63,886 nucleotides of DNA. Source: an uncultured Vicinamibacterales bacterium. Its GTDB lineage: Bacteria > Acidobacteriota > Vicinamibacteria > Vicinamibacterales > JAKQTR01. Both the position numbers and the translations under genes were made by a program. Where the stretch lies: contig CAZBIP010000001.1 in the NCBI GenBank assembly GCA_964491885.1, positions 10,745 to 74,630 of the forward strand. The letters are read 5' to 3'. Of this stretch, positions 37,883 to 47,246 are shown one piece after another. The notes under the pieces are model-generated. The model had not been told where the DNA came from and ran no database searches. It saw only the letters and a program-made list of their open reading frames with translations. Within the stretch, counting starts at the first letter, position 1. Each line of letters opens with the position of its first letter.

Positions 37883-38200
37883 ATGGCCGAAGGCCTGATC
37901 CCGGTCGAGATCTTCGGTCAGCGCTATCCGATCCGGAGCGCGCTCGATCCCCAGTACGTCCAGCAGCTGGCCAGCTACGTGGACGAGCGCATGCGGGCGG
38001 CGGCCGAGCAGTCGCCCGCCGGCGACTCGGTCCGGCTGGCCGTCCTGGCCGCCCTGAACATCGCCGACGAGGCGTACCGGGTGCTGGACGCCGAGGATGG
38101 CCGTCCGGCCACGCTCTCGGCGCGCCTCGCGGCGCTCGAGCGCCTGATCGACGCGGCGCTCGACGCCGGCTACCCGCCCGACGAGGCCGACCCGCTCTGA
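37883..38200 (+). CDS. zapA: cell division protein ZapA
   Basis: 105 aa. The VEIFGQRYPIRS... N-terminus and the length are typical of ZapA. Confidence 0.8.
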   Translation: MAEGLIPVEIFGQRYPIRSALDPQYVQQLASYVDERMRAAAEQSPAGDSVRLAVLAALNIADEAYRVLDAEDGRPATLSARLAALERLIDAALDAGYPPDEADPL

Positions 38201-38224
38201 GAGTCCCGGCCTCGGCCGGGACTC
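38201..38224 (+). terminator. hairpin directly after zapA stop
   Basis: GAGTCCCGGC-ctcg-GCCGGGACTC is a perfect 10-bp stem, followed by TGCTTG. The U-tract is weak. Confidence 0.5.
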
Positions 38225-38227
38225 TGC

Positions 38228-38256
38228 TTGACCGCCTTCCGCCCTCGTTCTAAGAT
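38228..38256 (+). promoter_or_regulatory. near-consensus sigma70 promoter for the candidate 6S RNA
   Basis: TTGACC (38228-38233), a 17-nt spacer, then TAAGAT (38251-38256). Confidence 0.6.
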
Positions 38257-38262
38257 CCACTC

Positions 38263-38460
38263 GAGACAACTCACGGGTTCCCTGCTTTGTGCGTGATGGT
38301 GTGGAGGCTCGTTTGAGCCAACGTTGAGTCCAAGGGACTGCGACGCCGTGCGGTGTGCATGCCTCCGAGTCGAGGAAGCCTGAAGCACGGCTCATCGAGC
38401 GGTCCCACCTGCTGATGGCAGGTTCATCGACCTCCCCACACGGCAGAGCGGGGCCTTTCT
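38263..38460 (+). ncRNA. ssrS: candidate 6S RNA
   Basis: A non-coding gap between zapA and rny; zapA-ssrS synteny is known from E. coli. Hand-folding gives a long imperfect closing helix (38280-38286/38447-38453, 38298-38311/38428-38441). It also gives an internal helix (38333-38337/38402-38406, 38344-38350/38385-38391), an apical hairpin (38362-38375) and a central bubble whose 3' side can form CCTGC-tgatg-GCAGG. The ends are approximate. Confidence 0.55.
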
Positions 38461-38547
38461 TCCCTCCTTCGGCTGCCCCGCCGACCGTCCGGCTCGAAGA
38501 ACGCTGCGGGGCTCCGACCGGATGCCAGAGCGTCGAAAGGACGCGGC

Positions 38548-40122
38548 ATGACTGACTACGTGGTCTACGTCGTGAACGCCCTCGTCACGGCGGCCGTCGG
38601 GGCTGCCGTCTACCTGTCGTGGGTGGCGAACCGAAAGCGAATCGCGGCCGAGACCATCGGCCGCGCCGAGGAGCAGGCGGCCCGCCTCGCCAAGGAGGCG
38701 GAGCGGGACGCCGAGACCCGCAAGAAGGAGGCGTTGCTCGAGGCGAAAGAACGCGCGCACGAGATGCTGGTCGAAGCCGAGCGTCAGGTCCGGGAGCGGC
38801 GGCAGCAACTCGGGGCCGTCGAGCAGACGCTGAACCGGCGTGACGAAAAGCTGACCGAGCGCCTGAGTGCGATCGAACACCGGGACAAGGACATCCGGGC
38901 CCAGGAGCAGGCGCTGGTGAAGCGTGAGAAGGCCACGGCGGAAGCCGCGGCCAAGTACGAGCGCCTCGTGACCGAACAGCAGCGCGAGCTGCAGCGCGTG
39001 GCCGGCCTGACGGCCGACGAGGCTCGCGAGACCCTCATCAAGCAGATGGAGGCCGACGCGCGCCGGGACGCCGCGAACATGGTGAAGCGCCTCGAGGCGG
39101 AGGCCCGCGAGACGGCCTCCCAGAAGGCCCGTCAGCTCATCACCGAGGCCATCCAGCGCAGCGCGGCCGAGCACACCACCGAGACGACGGTGTCGGTGGT
39201 GGACCTGCCGAGCGACGACCTGAAGGGCCGGATCATCGGCCGGGAAGGGCGCAACATCCGCGCGCTCGAGATCGCCACGGGCGTGGACCTCATCGTGGAC
39301 GACACGCCGGGCGCCATCATCCTGTCGGGCTTCGACCCCTACCGGCGCCAGATCGCCAAGCAGGCCATCGAGCGCCTGATCGCGGACGGCCGCATCCACC
39401 CCGCCCGGATCGAGGAAGTCGTCGAGAAGGTCAAGTCGGAGATGGACGAGGAAGTGCGGCGGGAGGGCGAGGCGGCGGCGTTCGAGCTCGGGATCCACGA
39501 CCTCCACCCGGACGTGCTGAAGCAGATGGGCCGGCTCAAGTTCCGCACGAGCTACGGCCAGAACGTGCTCAACCATTCCAAGGAAGTGGCGTTCCTGGCA
39601 GGGGTGATGGCCCGCGAACTCGGCCTGCAGTCCGCCGTGGCCGTCCGGGCGGCGTTCCTCCACGACATCGGGAAGGCCGTCGACCGGGAGATGCAGGGCA
39701 CCCACCTCGAGATCGGCCTCGACCTCCTTCGCCGGCACGGCGAGCAGCCGGCGGTGCTGGACGCGGTCGCGGCCCATCACATGGACATCGACTGGCCCTC
39801 GCTCGAGGCTATGATCGTGCAGGCGGCCGACGCGATTTCGGCCGCGCGGCCCGGCGCGCGCCGGGACATCCTCGAGTCCTACGTCAAGCGGCTCGAGAAG
39901 CTCGAGGCCATCGCGGACTCCTTCAAGGGGGTGTCGAAAGCCTTCGCCCTCCAGGCGGGCCGCGAGATCCGCATCATGGTCGAGAGCGAAAAGACCACCG
40001 ACGAGGAAGCGGTGTGGCTGTCGAAGGACATCGCCCGCCGCATCGAGAACGAACTCGAGTTCCCGGGCCAGATCAAGGTCACGGTAATCCGCGAAACCCG
40101 TGCCGTCGAGTACGCCAAGTAG
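38548..40122 (+). CDS. rny: ribonuclease Y
   Basis: 524 aa with an N-terminal TM segment, a coiled coil, a KH domain (GRIIGREGRNIRALE) and an HD domain (FLHDIGKA). Confidence 0.95.
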   Translation: MTDYVVYVVNALVTAAVGAAVYLSWVANRKRIAAETIGRAEEQAARLAKEAERDAETRKKEALLEAKERAHEMLVEAERQVRERRQQLGAVEQTLNRRDEKLTERLSAIEHRDKDIRAQEQALVKREKATAEAAAKYERLVTEQQRELQRVAGLTADEARETLIKQMEADARRDAANMVKRLEAEARETASQKARQLITEAIQRSAAEHTTETTVSVVDLPSDDLKGRIIGREGRNIRALEIATGVDLIVDDTPGAIILSGFDPYRRQIAKQAIERLIADGRIHPARIEEVVEKVKSEMDEEVRREGEAAAFELGIHDLHPDVLKQMGRLKFRTSYGQNVLNHSKEVAFLAGVMARELGLQSAVAVRAAFLHDIGKAVDREMQGTHLEIGLDLLRRHGEQPAVLDAVAAHHMDIDWPSLEAMIVQAADAISAARPGARRDILESYVKRLEKLEAIADSFKGVSKAFALQAGREIRIMVESEKTTDEEAVWLSKDIARRIENELEFPGQIKVTVIRETRAVEYAK

Positions 40123-41116
40123 CGTCGCCGACGCCGGCGAGCACGCCCTCATCGCGCTCGTGCGCGAACGGGTGCGCCCGGCCCCGGCCTGGGTGGTGGT
40201 GGGCCCCGGCGACGACGCCGCCGTGGTGGAGCCCGAGCGGAACGCCCTCGAGGTCCTGACGACGGACGCCCTCGTCGAAGGCGTGCACTTCGATCGGGCG
40301 TTCACGCCGCCCGAGGCGATCGGGCACCGGGCCCTCGCCGTCAATTTGAGCGACCTCGCGGCGATGGGCGCCTCGCCGCGCTCCGCGCTGTTGTCGCTTG
40401 TGCTGCCTCCCGCACTCCCCTTCGCCGACTTCACGGCCCTGCTGGACGGGTTCGACGCCCTCGCCCGGGCGCACGGCGTCGCGCTCGTCGGCGGCAACAT
40501 CACCCGCTCGCCGGGCCCGCTCGTCGTCGACGTGACGGCGATCGGATCGGTCCGGCGGCGCCGGGCGCTCACCAGGGCCGGCGCCAGGCCCGGCGACGAG
40601 TTGTGGGTGAGCGGCGAGATCGGCGCAGCCGCAGCGGGACTGCAGTGGCTCGCCGCGGGCGCGCCAGCCGGGCCCTCGGGGATGGCGGCATGCCGGTCGG
40701 CCTTTCTGATGCCCCGGCCCCGGGTGCGCCTGGGCCAGCTGCTCGGACGAAACCAGGCGGCCACTTCCTGCATCGATCTCAGTGACGGGCTGGCCGACGG
40801 GCTGCGCCAGCTGGCCGCGGCTTCGGGAGCCGGGATCGAGGTCGAGGGCGCCGCCGTCCCGATACCGGCGGCGGCGGCGGCGTGGTTCGAGTCCCGCGGG
40901 CAGGACGCCCTGACGGCGGCGGCAGCCGGCGGCGACGACTACGAGCTGCTGTTCACCGTCAGGCCCCGGCACCGAGGCCGGTTCGCGACGGCCAGGCGGC
41001 AGGCCGGCGACCTGCGGCTCACGAAGATCGGCGTGGTGACGGCTGGAGCGGGCGTGTCGATGGCGCGAGGCGGGGCTGCCGTTCCGGTCCCGGCCGGGTT
41101 CGAACATTTTCAGTGA
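40100..41116 (+). CDS. thiL: thiamine-monophosphate kinase
   Basis: 338 aa. GTG start overlapping the rny 3' end. GEHALIALVRERV, GDDAAVV and IDLSDGL motifs are present. Confidence 0.88.
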   Translation: MPSSTPSSVADAGEHALIALVRERVRPAPAWVVVGPGDDAAVVEPERNALEVLTTDALVEGVHFDRAFTPPEAIGHRALAVNLSDLAAMGASPRSALLSLVLPPALPFADFTALLDGFDALARAHGVALVGGNITRSPGPLVVDVTAIGSVRRRRALTRAGARPGDELWVSGEIGAAAAGLQWLAAGAPAGPSGMAACRSAFLMPRPRVRLGQLLGRNQAATSCIDLSDGLADGLRQLAAASGAGIEVEGAAVPIPAAAAAWFESRGQDALTAAAAGGDDYELLFTVRPRHRGRFATARRQAGDLRLTKIGVVTAGAGVSMARGGAAVPVPAGFEHFQ

Positions 41117-41634
41117 TGCGAAACAGGCGGCGCCTGATTCGGCAGTGGATGGAGTCGCTGCTCCACGTCCACGACTCTCCCCGGCGCACGGCCCTGGCCT
41201 ATGCCGTCGGGGTGTTCATCGGCTTTTCACCGGTTCTCGGGCTTCAGACCGTGCTGGCCCTGGCTGTCGCGTTCCTGTTCGGCCTCAACCGGCCGGCGGT
41301 CGTGCTCGGCGCGTATACGAACCTGCCGTGGTTCATCGGCCCGTACTATGCGCTCACGACGGCCGCGGCGGCCAGCGTCCTCGGCGTGCAGATGCCGCCG
41401 GACTTCGCGCGGCAGCTCGGCGCCCTCTTCGGCCGCTCGCCGTTCGGCGGTCAGTTCTGGGCGGAGCTCGGCTCGTTGCTGTCTCCGCTCGCCTGGCCCT
41501 ACGCCGCGGGCTCGCTCACCGGGGCGACGCTGCTCGGCCTGCTGGCGTTCCTCCTCGCGCGCCCCGCCATCGAGGCGGGACGCAGGCGCCTGGGCCTGTC
41601 CGTTCATCCTCGCGCGGTCCGCGAGGTGCTCTGA
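41116..41634 (+). CDS. DUF2062-type membrane protein
   Basis: ATG 41116 overlaps the thiL stop. SPRRTALAYAVGVFIGFSPVLGLQTVLALAVAFLF is typical of DUF2062. The track ORF 40882-41634 is over-extended. Confidence 0.7.
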   Translation: MRNRRRLIRQWMESLLHVHDSPRRTALAYAVGVFIGFSPVLGLQTVLALAVAFLFGLNRPAVVLGAYTNLPWFIGPYYALTTAAAASVLGVQMPPDFARQLGALFGRSPFGGQFWAELGSLLSPLAWPYAAGSLTGATLLGLLAFLLARPAIEAGRRRLGLSVHPRAVREVL

Positions 41635-42137
41635 TGCAGGTGAGCGCACGCTGGCACCACGTTCTCGCCACGGGGGTGCTCGCGGTGGCGATGGTGCTGC
41701 TGTACGAAGTCACGGCGGTGGACTCCCGCTATGCGGCGCGCCAGGCCGTGCTGCGCGAAGCGTCCGCCGTGCCGTCGCCTGGCGCGCGGCTCCGCTTCAG
41801 CGCCACGGCGTACTGCAAGGGCGACGTCACGGCGTCCGGGGTGAGGCCGCGGACGGGAGTGGCCGCTGCGGATCCGACGCTCCTCCCCGTCGGCTCGGTG
41901 ATCCAGGTGGTCGACCAGCCTCCCTACACCGGGATCTACACGATCATGGACACCGGCCCGCTCGTGCAGGGACGCCACATCGATCTCTACATGTGGAGCT
42001 GCTACGAGGCGCTCGCGTTCGGGCGGCGCGCGGTGGACGTGACGGTGCTCCGGCTCGGCTGGAACCCGAGGACGAGCACCTCCGGCCTCCTGCCGTCGAA
42101 ACGCCTCCCCGTCACGACGCTCGCCCTCCCCCGCTGA
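41634..42137 (+). CDS. 3D-domain (MltA/RlpA-like double-psi barrel) protein
   Basis: ATG 41634 overlaps the previous stop. The protein has an N-terminal TM segment and SATAYCKGDVTASGVRPRTGVAAADPTLLPVGSVI...DTGPLVQGRHIDLYM. Confidence 0.7.
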   Translation: MQVSARWHHVLATGVLAVAMVLLYEVTAVDSRYAARQAVLREASAVPSPGARLRFSATAYCKGDVTASGVRPRTGVAAADPTLLPVGSVIQVVDQPPYTGIYTIMDTGPLVQGRHIDLYMWSCYEALAFGRRAVDVTVLRLGWNPRTSTSGLLPSKRLPVTTLALPR

Positions 42138-42167
42138 CCCGGGCCCCGCCGACCCGCGCCCGCCCGC

Positions 42168-43706
42168 TCAGAGCACCATGACGTCGAACTGCTCGTGGTG
42201 GAGGTGCGGGTCCGACCGGATGGACACCTTCTTCCCGATGGAGGCCTGCAGTTCCTTCAGCACCGCGCCTTCCTCCTCGCGCAGCGCGCGGGCGATGTCG
42301 GGGTTGACGCGCAGCTGCACGCCGAGGCCGTCCACCTGGCCGCCGAGCTTGCCGACCTCGTCGAGGATCTCGTAGCAGATGGTCGCCGTCGATCGGATGA
42401 CGCCGGTGCCGGAGCAGTACGGGCACGGCTGGGTCATCACGCGCTCCAGGCTCTGCTTGACGCGCTTGCGCGTGATGATGATCAGGCCGAAGTCGGACAC
42501 CTGGACCGCCTTCGACGGCGAGCGGTCCCGCGCGAGCTCCTGATCGAGCGCCTGCGAGACCTTCTGGCGGTTCTTGCGCTCCTCCATGTCGATGAAGTCG
42601 AGCACGATGATGCCGCCCAGATCGCGCAGCCGGATCTGGCGGACGATCTCCTTGACCGCCTCGATGTTGGTCTTGACGATCGTGTCCTCGAGCCGATCGT
42701 TCCGCTTGCCGACGAACCGGCCGGTGTTGACGTCGATGGCGACCAGGGCCTCTGTCTGGTTGATGACGATGTAGCCGCCGGACTTCAGCCAGACCTTGCT
42801 GCGCAGGGCCTTGTCGATCTCCGACTGGACGCCGTACTCCTGGAAGATCGGGAACGGCTTCGTGTAGTGCTTCACCCGGGGCGTGAGGGGCGGCATGATG
42901 CGCTGCACCAGGTCCCGGACGCGGCGGAACTCGCCCTCGTCGTCGACGCGGATGGCCGAGTACTCGTCCGTGAGGAGGTCGCGGATCAGCTTGGCGACGA
43001 GGCCCTGCTCGCGGTACACGACGGCCGGGCACCGCGAGGCGTCAACGACCTGGCGGATCTCCTCCCAGACGCGCTTGAAATACGAGAGGTCGGCGACCAG
43101 GTCGGCCTCGGGCCGACCGGCCGTGGCGGTCCGGATGATGACGCCGCCGGTGAACCCCTCCGCGTCGCGGAACTGCCTGACGATGCCCCGCAGGCGCGCG
43201 CGCTCGTCTCGGGCCTCGATCTTGCGCGAGACGCCCACGTGATCCACGGTGGGCATGAACACGAGGAACCGCCCGGCCATCGTGACGTGGCACGTCAGGC
43301 GCGCGCCCTTCGTGCCGAGGGGCTCCTTGGCCACCTGCACGAGGATCTCCTGGCCGGCCTTGAGGAGGGACTCGATCTTCGGCACGTCGCCCTTGGCGCG
43401 GCCTCCCGCCTCCCCCGCCTCCCCGGCGGCCTCCTCGGCCTCCTCGTCTCCGCCCTCGAGACGGTCGAAGGCCTCCATCGTGTCGACGACGTCCGACACG
43501 TAGAGGAACCCGTCGCGCTCCAGGCCGATGTCGACGAACGCGCACTGCATCCCGGGCAGCACCTTCGACACCCGGCCCTTGTAGATGTTGCCGACCGCGC
43601 CGCGCTGCCGCTCGCGCTCGACCGACACCTCCACCACCTGGTCATCCTCGAGCACGGCCACCATCGTCTGGTGCCCGTTCGACGTGACGATCATTTCTTT
43701 GTTCAC
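42168..43706 (-). CDS. rng: ribonuclease G/E family endoribonuclease
   Basis: S1 domain GNIYKGRVSKVLPGMQCAFVDIG. GTG 43706 overlaps the rodA stop (TAGTG) and has GGAGG 11 nt upstream. An alternative start is ATG 43694. The track ORF is over-extended to 44087. Confidence 0.88.
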   Translation of the reverse strand: MNKEMIVTSNGHQTMVAVLEDDQVVEVSVERERQRGAVGNIYKGRVSKVLPGMQCAFVDIGLERDGFLYVSDVVDTMEAFDRLEGGDEEAEEAAGEAGEAGGRAKGDVPKIESLLKAGQEILVQVAKEPLGTKGARLTCHVTMAGRFLVFMPTVDHVGVSRKIEARDERARLRGIVRQFRDAEGFTGGVIIRTATAGRPEADLVADLSYFKRVWEEIRQVVDASRCPAVVYREQGLVAKLIRDLLTDEYSAIRVDDEGEFRRVRDLVQRIMPPLTPRVKHYTKPFPIFQEYGVQSEIDKALRSKVWLKSGGYIVINQTEALVAIDVNTGRFVGKRNDRLEDTIVKTNIEAVKEIVRQIRLRDLGGIIVLDFIDMEERKNRQKVSQALDQELARDRSPSKAVQVSDFGLIIITRKRVKQSLERVMTQPCPYCSGTGVIRSTATICYEILDEVGKLGGQVDGLGVQLRVNPDIARALREEEGAVLKELQASIGKKVSIRSDPHLHHEQFDVMVL

Positions 43707-44806
43707 TAATTGGTAAACCTCCGCATCCTCACGTTGAGGATCAGCCCGACGCCGGCGAGGGTCGCGATCACGGACGAGCCGCCGTAGCTCATGAGCGGCA
43801 GCGTCAGCCCTTTGACCGGAGCGAGCCCGGCGGACATCGAGACGTTGTACACCACCTGGAAGAGAAAGCTCGAAAGGACGCCGACGACCAGCAGGGCGCC
43901 GAGGCGGTCCCGCGCGCGCCTGGCGGTGTCGATGGCCCGGAGCACCACGAAGGCGTAGAGGCCGAGCACGACGAGCACGCCGACGAAGCCCTGCTCCTCC
44001 GCGAGCACCGAGAAGATGAAGTCGTTGTGGGCGACGGGCAGGAAGCTCAGCTGCCCCTGGGTCCCCTTGCGGAACCCCTTGCCCCACAGCCCGCCCGACC
44101 CGACGGTAATCCGGGCCTGGATCTGCTGGTAGCCGGCCCCGAGGGGGTCGCGCGCCGGATCGACGAACGTCAGGATGCGCCCCCGCTGGTAATCCTGGAG
44201 CGCGAACTTCCAGACCACGGGCGCCGAGAGCACCGCGATGGCGAGGAGGATGCCGGCCACCCGCAGCCGCATGCCGGCCAGGATCGCCACGCCGGCGAGC
44301 ACGGACGCGAGCGTCACCGCGGTCCCGAGGTCAGGCTGTCTGGCGACCAGCAGCACCGGCAGCGCGGTGAGCGCTCCCGCGATCGCGAGATCCCGCCCGG
44401 ACGGCGCCCTGCTGCGGCTGTCGCCGAAGTACCTGGCGAGCACGAGCGCGAGCCCGATCTTCATGAACTCGGACGGCTGCAGGTTGAACCACGGCAGCGG
44501 CACCCAGCGCCGCCCGCCGCCGCGCACGGCGCCGAACACGAGGACGTAGACGAGCAGCAGCACGAGGCCCAGGTAGATCAGCAGCCAGCGGTCGGCGAGC
44601 GTGCGGTAGTCGATGGCGGCGCAGACCAGCAGGGCCACCGTCCCCAGCAGGATCGCGTAGACCTGCGTGAGCGGCAGCGTGGACGCCGTCGCGCGCGACG
44701 GGTCCGCCGTCGCGCTGGAGATCATGACGACGCCGACGGCGCAGAGCAGATACACCGCGCCGAGCATGAGCCAGTCGACGTGCGCGAACAGCCGTCTGTC
44801 GAACAT
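43706..44806 (-). CDS. rodA: peptidoglycan glycosyltransferase RodA (SEDS family)
   Basis: 366 aa from ATG 44806 (MFDRRLFAHVDWLML...). A polytopic FtsW/RodA/SpoVE-family protein. Confidence 0.92.
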   Translation of the reverse strand: MFDRRLFAHVDWLMLGAVYLLCAVGVVMISSATADPSRATASTLPLTQVYAILLGTVALLVCAAIDYRTLADRWLLIYLGLVLLLVYVLVFGAVRGGGRRWVPLPWFNLQPSEFMKIGLALVLARYFGDSRSRAPSGRDLAIAGALTALPVLLVARQPDLGTAVTLASVLAGVAILAGMRLRVAGILLAIAVLSAPVVWKFALQDYQRGRILTFVDPARDPLGAGYQQIQARITVGSGGLWGKGFRKGTQGQLSFLPVAHNDFIFSVLAEEQGFVGVLVVLGLYAFVVLRAIDTARRARDRLGALLVVGVLSSFLFQVVYNVSMSAGLAPVKGLTLPLMSYGGSSVIATLAGVGLILNVRMRRFTN

Positions 44807-44820
44807 CGGTTCACCGGCGG

Positions 44821-46728
44821 CTACTGCCCTCGGCCCGGCGCCGCCCCGGCCTCGACGGAGGCGGGGGCGGCCGGCGCCGGGACGCCCGCCGGCGGTACGA
44901 ACACCGGCAGCGGCAGGCCGTCCCGCTTGGCGAAATACGTCTCCAGCACGTGGCGGGCAATGGGCGCCGCGCTCGCCCCGTGCTCCCCGTGCTCCGCGAA
45001 CACCACGCCGGCGATCTCGGGGCGGTCGCGCGGCGCGAAGAAGGCGAACCACCCGTGATCGCGCAGGTCCCGATCGGTGCGTCCCGCCGCCTGGCGCCCG
45101 CCCTGCAGCGAGATCACCTGCGCCGTGCCGGTCTTCCCCGACACGTCGCGCCCGGGGATGCGCGCCCGGCCGCCGGTGCCCGCGCCGTTCACGACCAGCC
45201 AGAACCCGTCGTGGAGCGCCGCGACGGTCTCGGGCTTCAGCGGCACGCCGGCGGGCGCCGCCAGGCCCTCGGGCGGCCGCCACCCGCCCCCCTCGTTGAT
45301 CGCCTTGAGCAGCCGCGGCGGGTGGTGCAGGCCGCCGTTGCCCACCGCGGCGTACAGCATGGCCAGCGAGAGCGGCGTGACCGACACCTGTCCCTGCCCG
45401 ATCGACACGGAGATCGTCTCGCCCGCGTACCACTTCTCCCCGGTGCGGGCCTGCTTCCAGGCCGTCGACGGCACCAGGCTCTCGGCCTCGTTCGGCAGGT
45501 CGATGCCGGTCTTGCCGGTGAGCCCGAGGGCCACCGCCCACTTGTGGAGGCGGTCGATGCCGACCATGTTCCCGACCGTGTAGAAGTAGGTGTTGCAGGA
45601 CTGCTCGATGGCGTGCCGCAGGTCCACGGTGCCGTGGCCGCCCCTCTTGTGGCACTGGAAGAACCGCCCGTAGAAGGTGGCGCCGCCGCGGCAGGTGACG
45701 GTGAAGTCCGGCGTGATCACGCCTTCTTCGAGCGCCGCCGCGGCCACCACCGCCTTGAACGTGGATCCCGGCGAGTACCGGCCCTGGATCGCGCGGTTCT
45801 GCAGGGGCCTCAGCCTGTCCGTGTTGAGGCGCGTCCACGTGTCCCGGTCGATCCCCGTGGCGAAGTCGTTCGGATCGTACGCCGGCAGGCTGACCAGGGC
45901 GAGGACCTCGCCTGAGCGCGGGTCGAGGAACGCCGCGGCTCCCTCGTACCCCAGCGCGTGAAACGCGCGCTCCGCCTCCCGCTGGAGGTCCAGGTCGATT
46001 GTCAGCTGCAGCCGCCGCCCTTCCGATGGGGCCACCTCCTCCAACGTGGTGACCTCGCGGCCGACGCTGTTCACCATCACGCGCCGCTCCCCGTCGGTGC
46101 CGAGGAGCTGCGCGTCGTACATCCGCTCCACGCCGGACTGGCCGACGATGGTGCCCGGCCGGAGTCCGCCCTCGGCCACCTGCGCCTCGCCAACCTCTCC
46201 GACGTATCCCAGCAGGTGCGCGCCCAGGCCGAGCGCCGGGTACCGGCGCGTCGGCACCCGTTCGACCACCACGTCGGGCAGCTCGAAGTCCAGGCGGCGC
46301 GCCAGGACGGCCGACACCTGCGCGAGCGTCGCGTCGTCGACGACGACCACGGGCCGGTAGCGCGGCTCGCCCCGATGGCTCGCCAGTTCCTCGCGGATCC
46401 GCTGCTCGTCCTCGCCGGTGGCCTCGGCGACCGCGCGGATGGTCCGGTCGAGATCCCCGCTGTGCTCGCGGAGGATCGAGATCGTGAAGGCGTCGCGGTT
46501 CTCGACGAGGGGGCGGAACTCGCGGTCGTAGAGGATGCCGCGCGGGGCGCGGAGCGTCAACCGGCGCTGGTGGTTGTTCTCGGCCAGCCGGAGATAGGTC
46601 GCGTTCATGGGCACCTGCAGGTACCAGAACGCGACGGCGAGGACGGCGAAGGTCACGACGACGCCGACGGACGCCGCCTGGAGCCGCGAGGCCACCTTGC
46701 GCCGATCGATCGCGGGAGGCGTCGTCAC
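44821..46728 (-). CDS. mrdA: penicillin-binding protein 2
   Basis: GTG 46728 overlaps the mreD stop (GTGA). SxxK (GSTFKA) and KTG (SGKTGTA) motifs are present. Confidence 0.92.
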   Translation of the reverse strand: MTTPPAIDRRKVASRLQAASVGVVVTFAVLAVAFWYLQVPMNATYLRLAENNHQRRLTLRAPRGILYDREFRPLVENRDAFTISILREHSGDLDRTIRAVAEATGEDEQRIREELASHRGEPRYRPVVVVDDATLAQVSAVLARRLDFELPDVVVERVPTRRYPALGLGAHLLGYVGEVGEAQVAEGGLRPGTIVGQSGVERMYDAQLLGTDGERRVMVNSVGREVTTLEEVAPSEGRRLQLTIDLDLQREAERAFHALGYEGAAAFLDPRSGEVLALVSLPAYDPNDFATGIDRDTWTRLNTDRLRPLQNRAIQGRYSPGSTFKAVVAAAALEEGVITPDFTVTCRGGATFYGRFFQCHKRGGHGTVDLRHAIEQSCNTYFYTVGNMVGIDRLHKWAVALGLTGKTGIDLPNEAESLVPSTAWKQARTGEKWYAGETISVSIGQGQVSVTPLSLAMLYAAVGNGGLHHPPRLLKAINEGGGWRPPEGLAAPAGVPLKPETVAALHDGFWLVVNGAGTGGRARIPGRDVSGKTGTAQVISLQGGRQAAGRTDRDLRDHGWFAFFAPRDRPEIAGVVFAEHGEHGASAAPIARHVLETYFAKRDGLPLPVFVPPAGVPAPAAPASVEAGAAPGRGQ

Positions 46729-47246
46729 TTGAAGGACCGCCTCTTCCGACGGCGCTCGAGGGCGGCCCGGGCCAGCCGCTGCGCCGCGGGCGCGGCTTCG
46801 ACCACCGCGAACAGCAGGACCCCCGCCGCCGCGTTCACGATGGCCTGGATGCCGATGTCGAGGAGCGGCTCGTCGTAGCGGCGGAGCCCGAGCAGCGCCG
46901 ACAGGCCCATGAAGGCGCCCGCGCCGAGGACCGTGCCGCCCGCGAACACCGCCGCGCGCGGGGCCGCGCCGGTCACGATGAACTGGGTGGCCGCCACACC
47001 GGCCAGGTACCCGGCCACGCTCTTGCCGAGGCCGCTGAGCCCGAGGATGCCGCCGCCCAGCGCGTCCTGCAGCAGGCCCGCGGCCGCGCCCGCCGCGAGG
47101 CCGGCGACGCGGCCGTGCCACAGCCCGACGGCGACGACGGCGACGAGGATCAGGTCGAAGGCGGTCCCGCCGGCGAACCCGGCCAGCGCGCTCTGGACGA
47201 GCGCCGCCGCCAGCAGGAGCCCCGTGACGGTGAGCACCGGCTTCAC
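46725..47246 (-). CDS. mreD: rod shape-determining protein MreD
   Basis: 173 aa, polytopic. The position between mreC and mrdA supports the call. Confidence 0.8.
   Translation of the reverse strand: MKPVLTVTGLLLAAALVQSALAGFAGGTAFDLILVAVVAVGLWHGRVAGLAAGAAAGLLQDALGGGILGLSGLGKSVAGYLAGVAATQFIVTGAAPRAAVFAGGTVLGAGAFMGLSALLGLRRYDEPLLDIGIQAIVNAAAGVLLFAVVEAAPAAQRLARAALERRRKRRSFK

Noticed and set aside
40080-40125. A TPP riboswitch in front of thiL.
   Set aside because: The thiL start overlaps the 3' end of rny, so there is no leader in which a riboswitch could sit.
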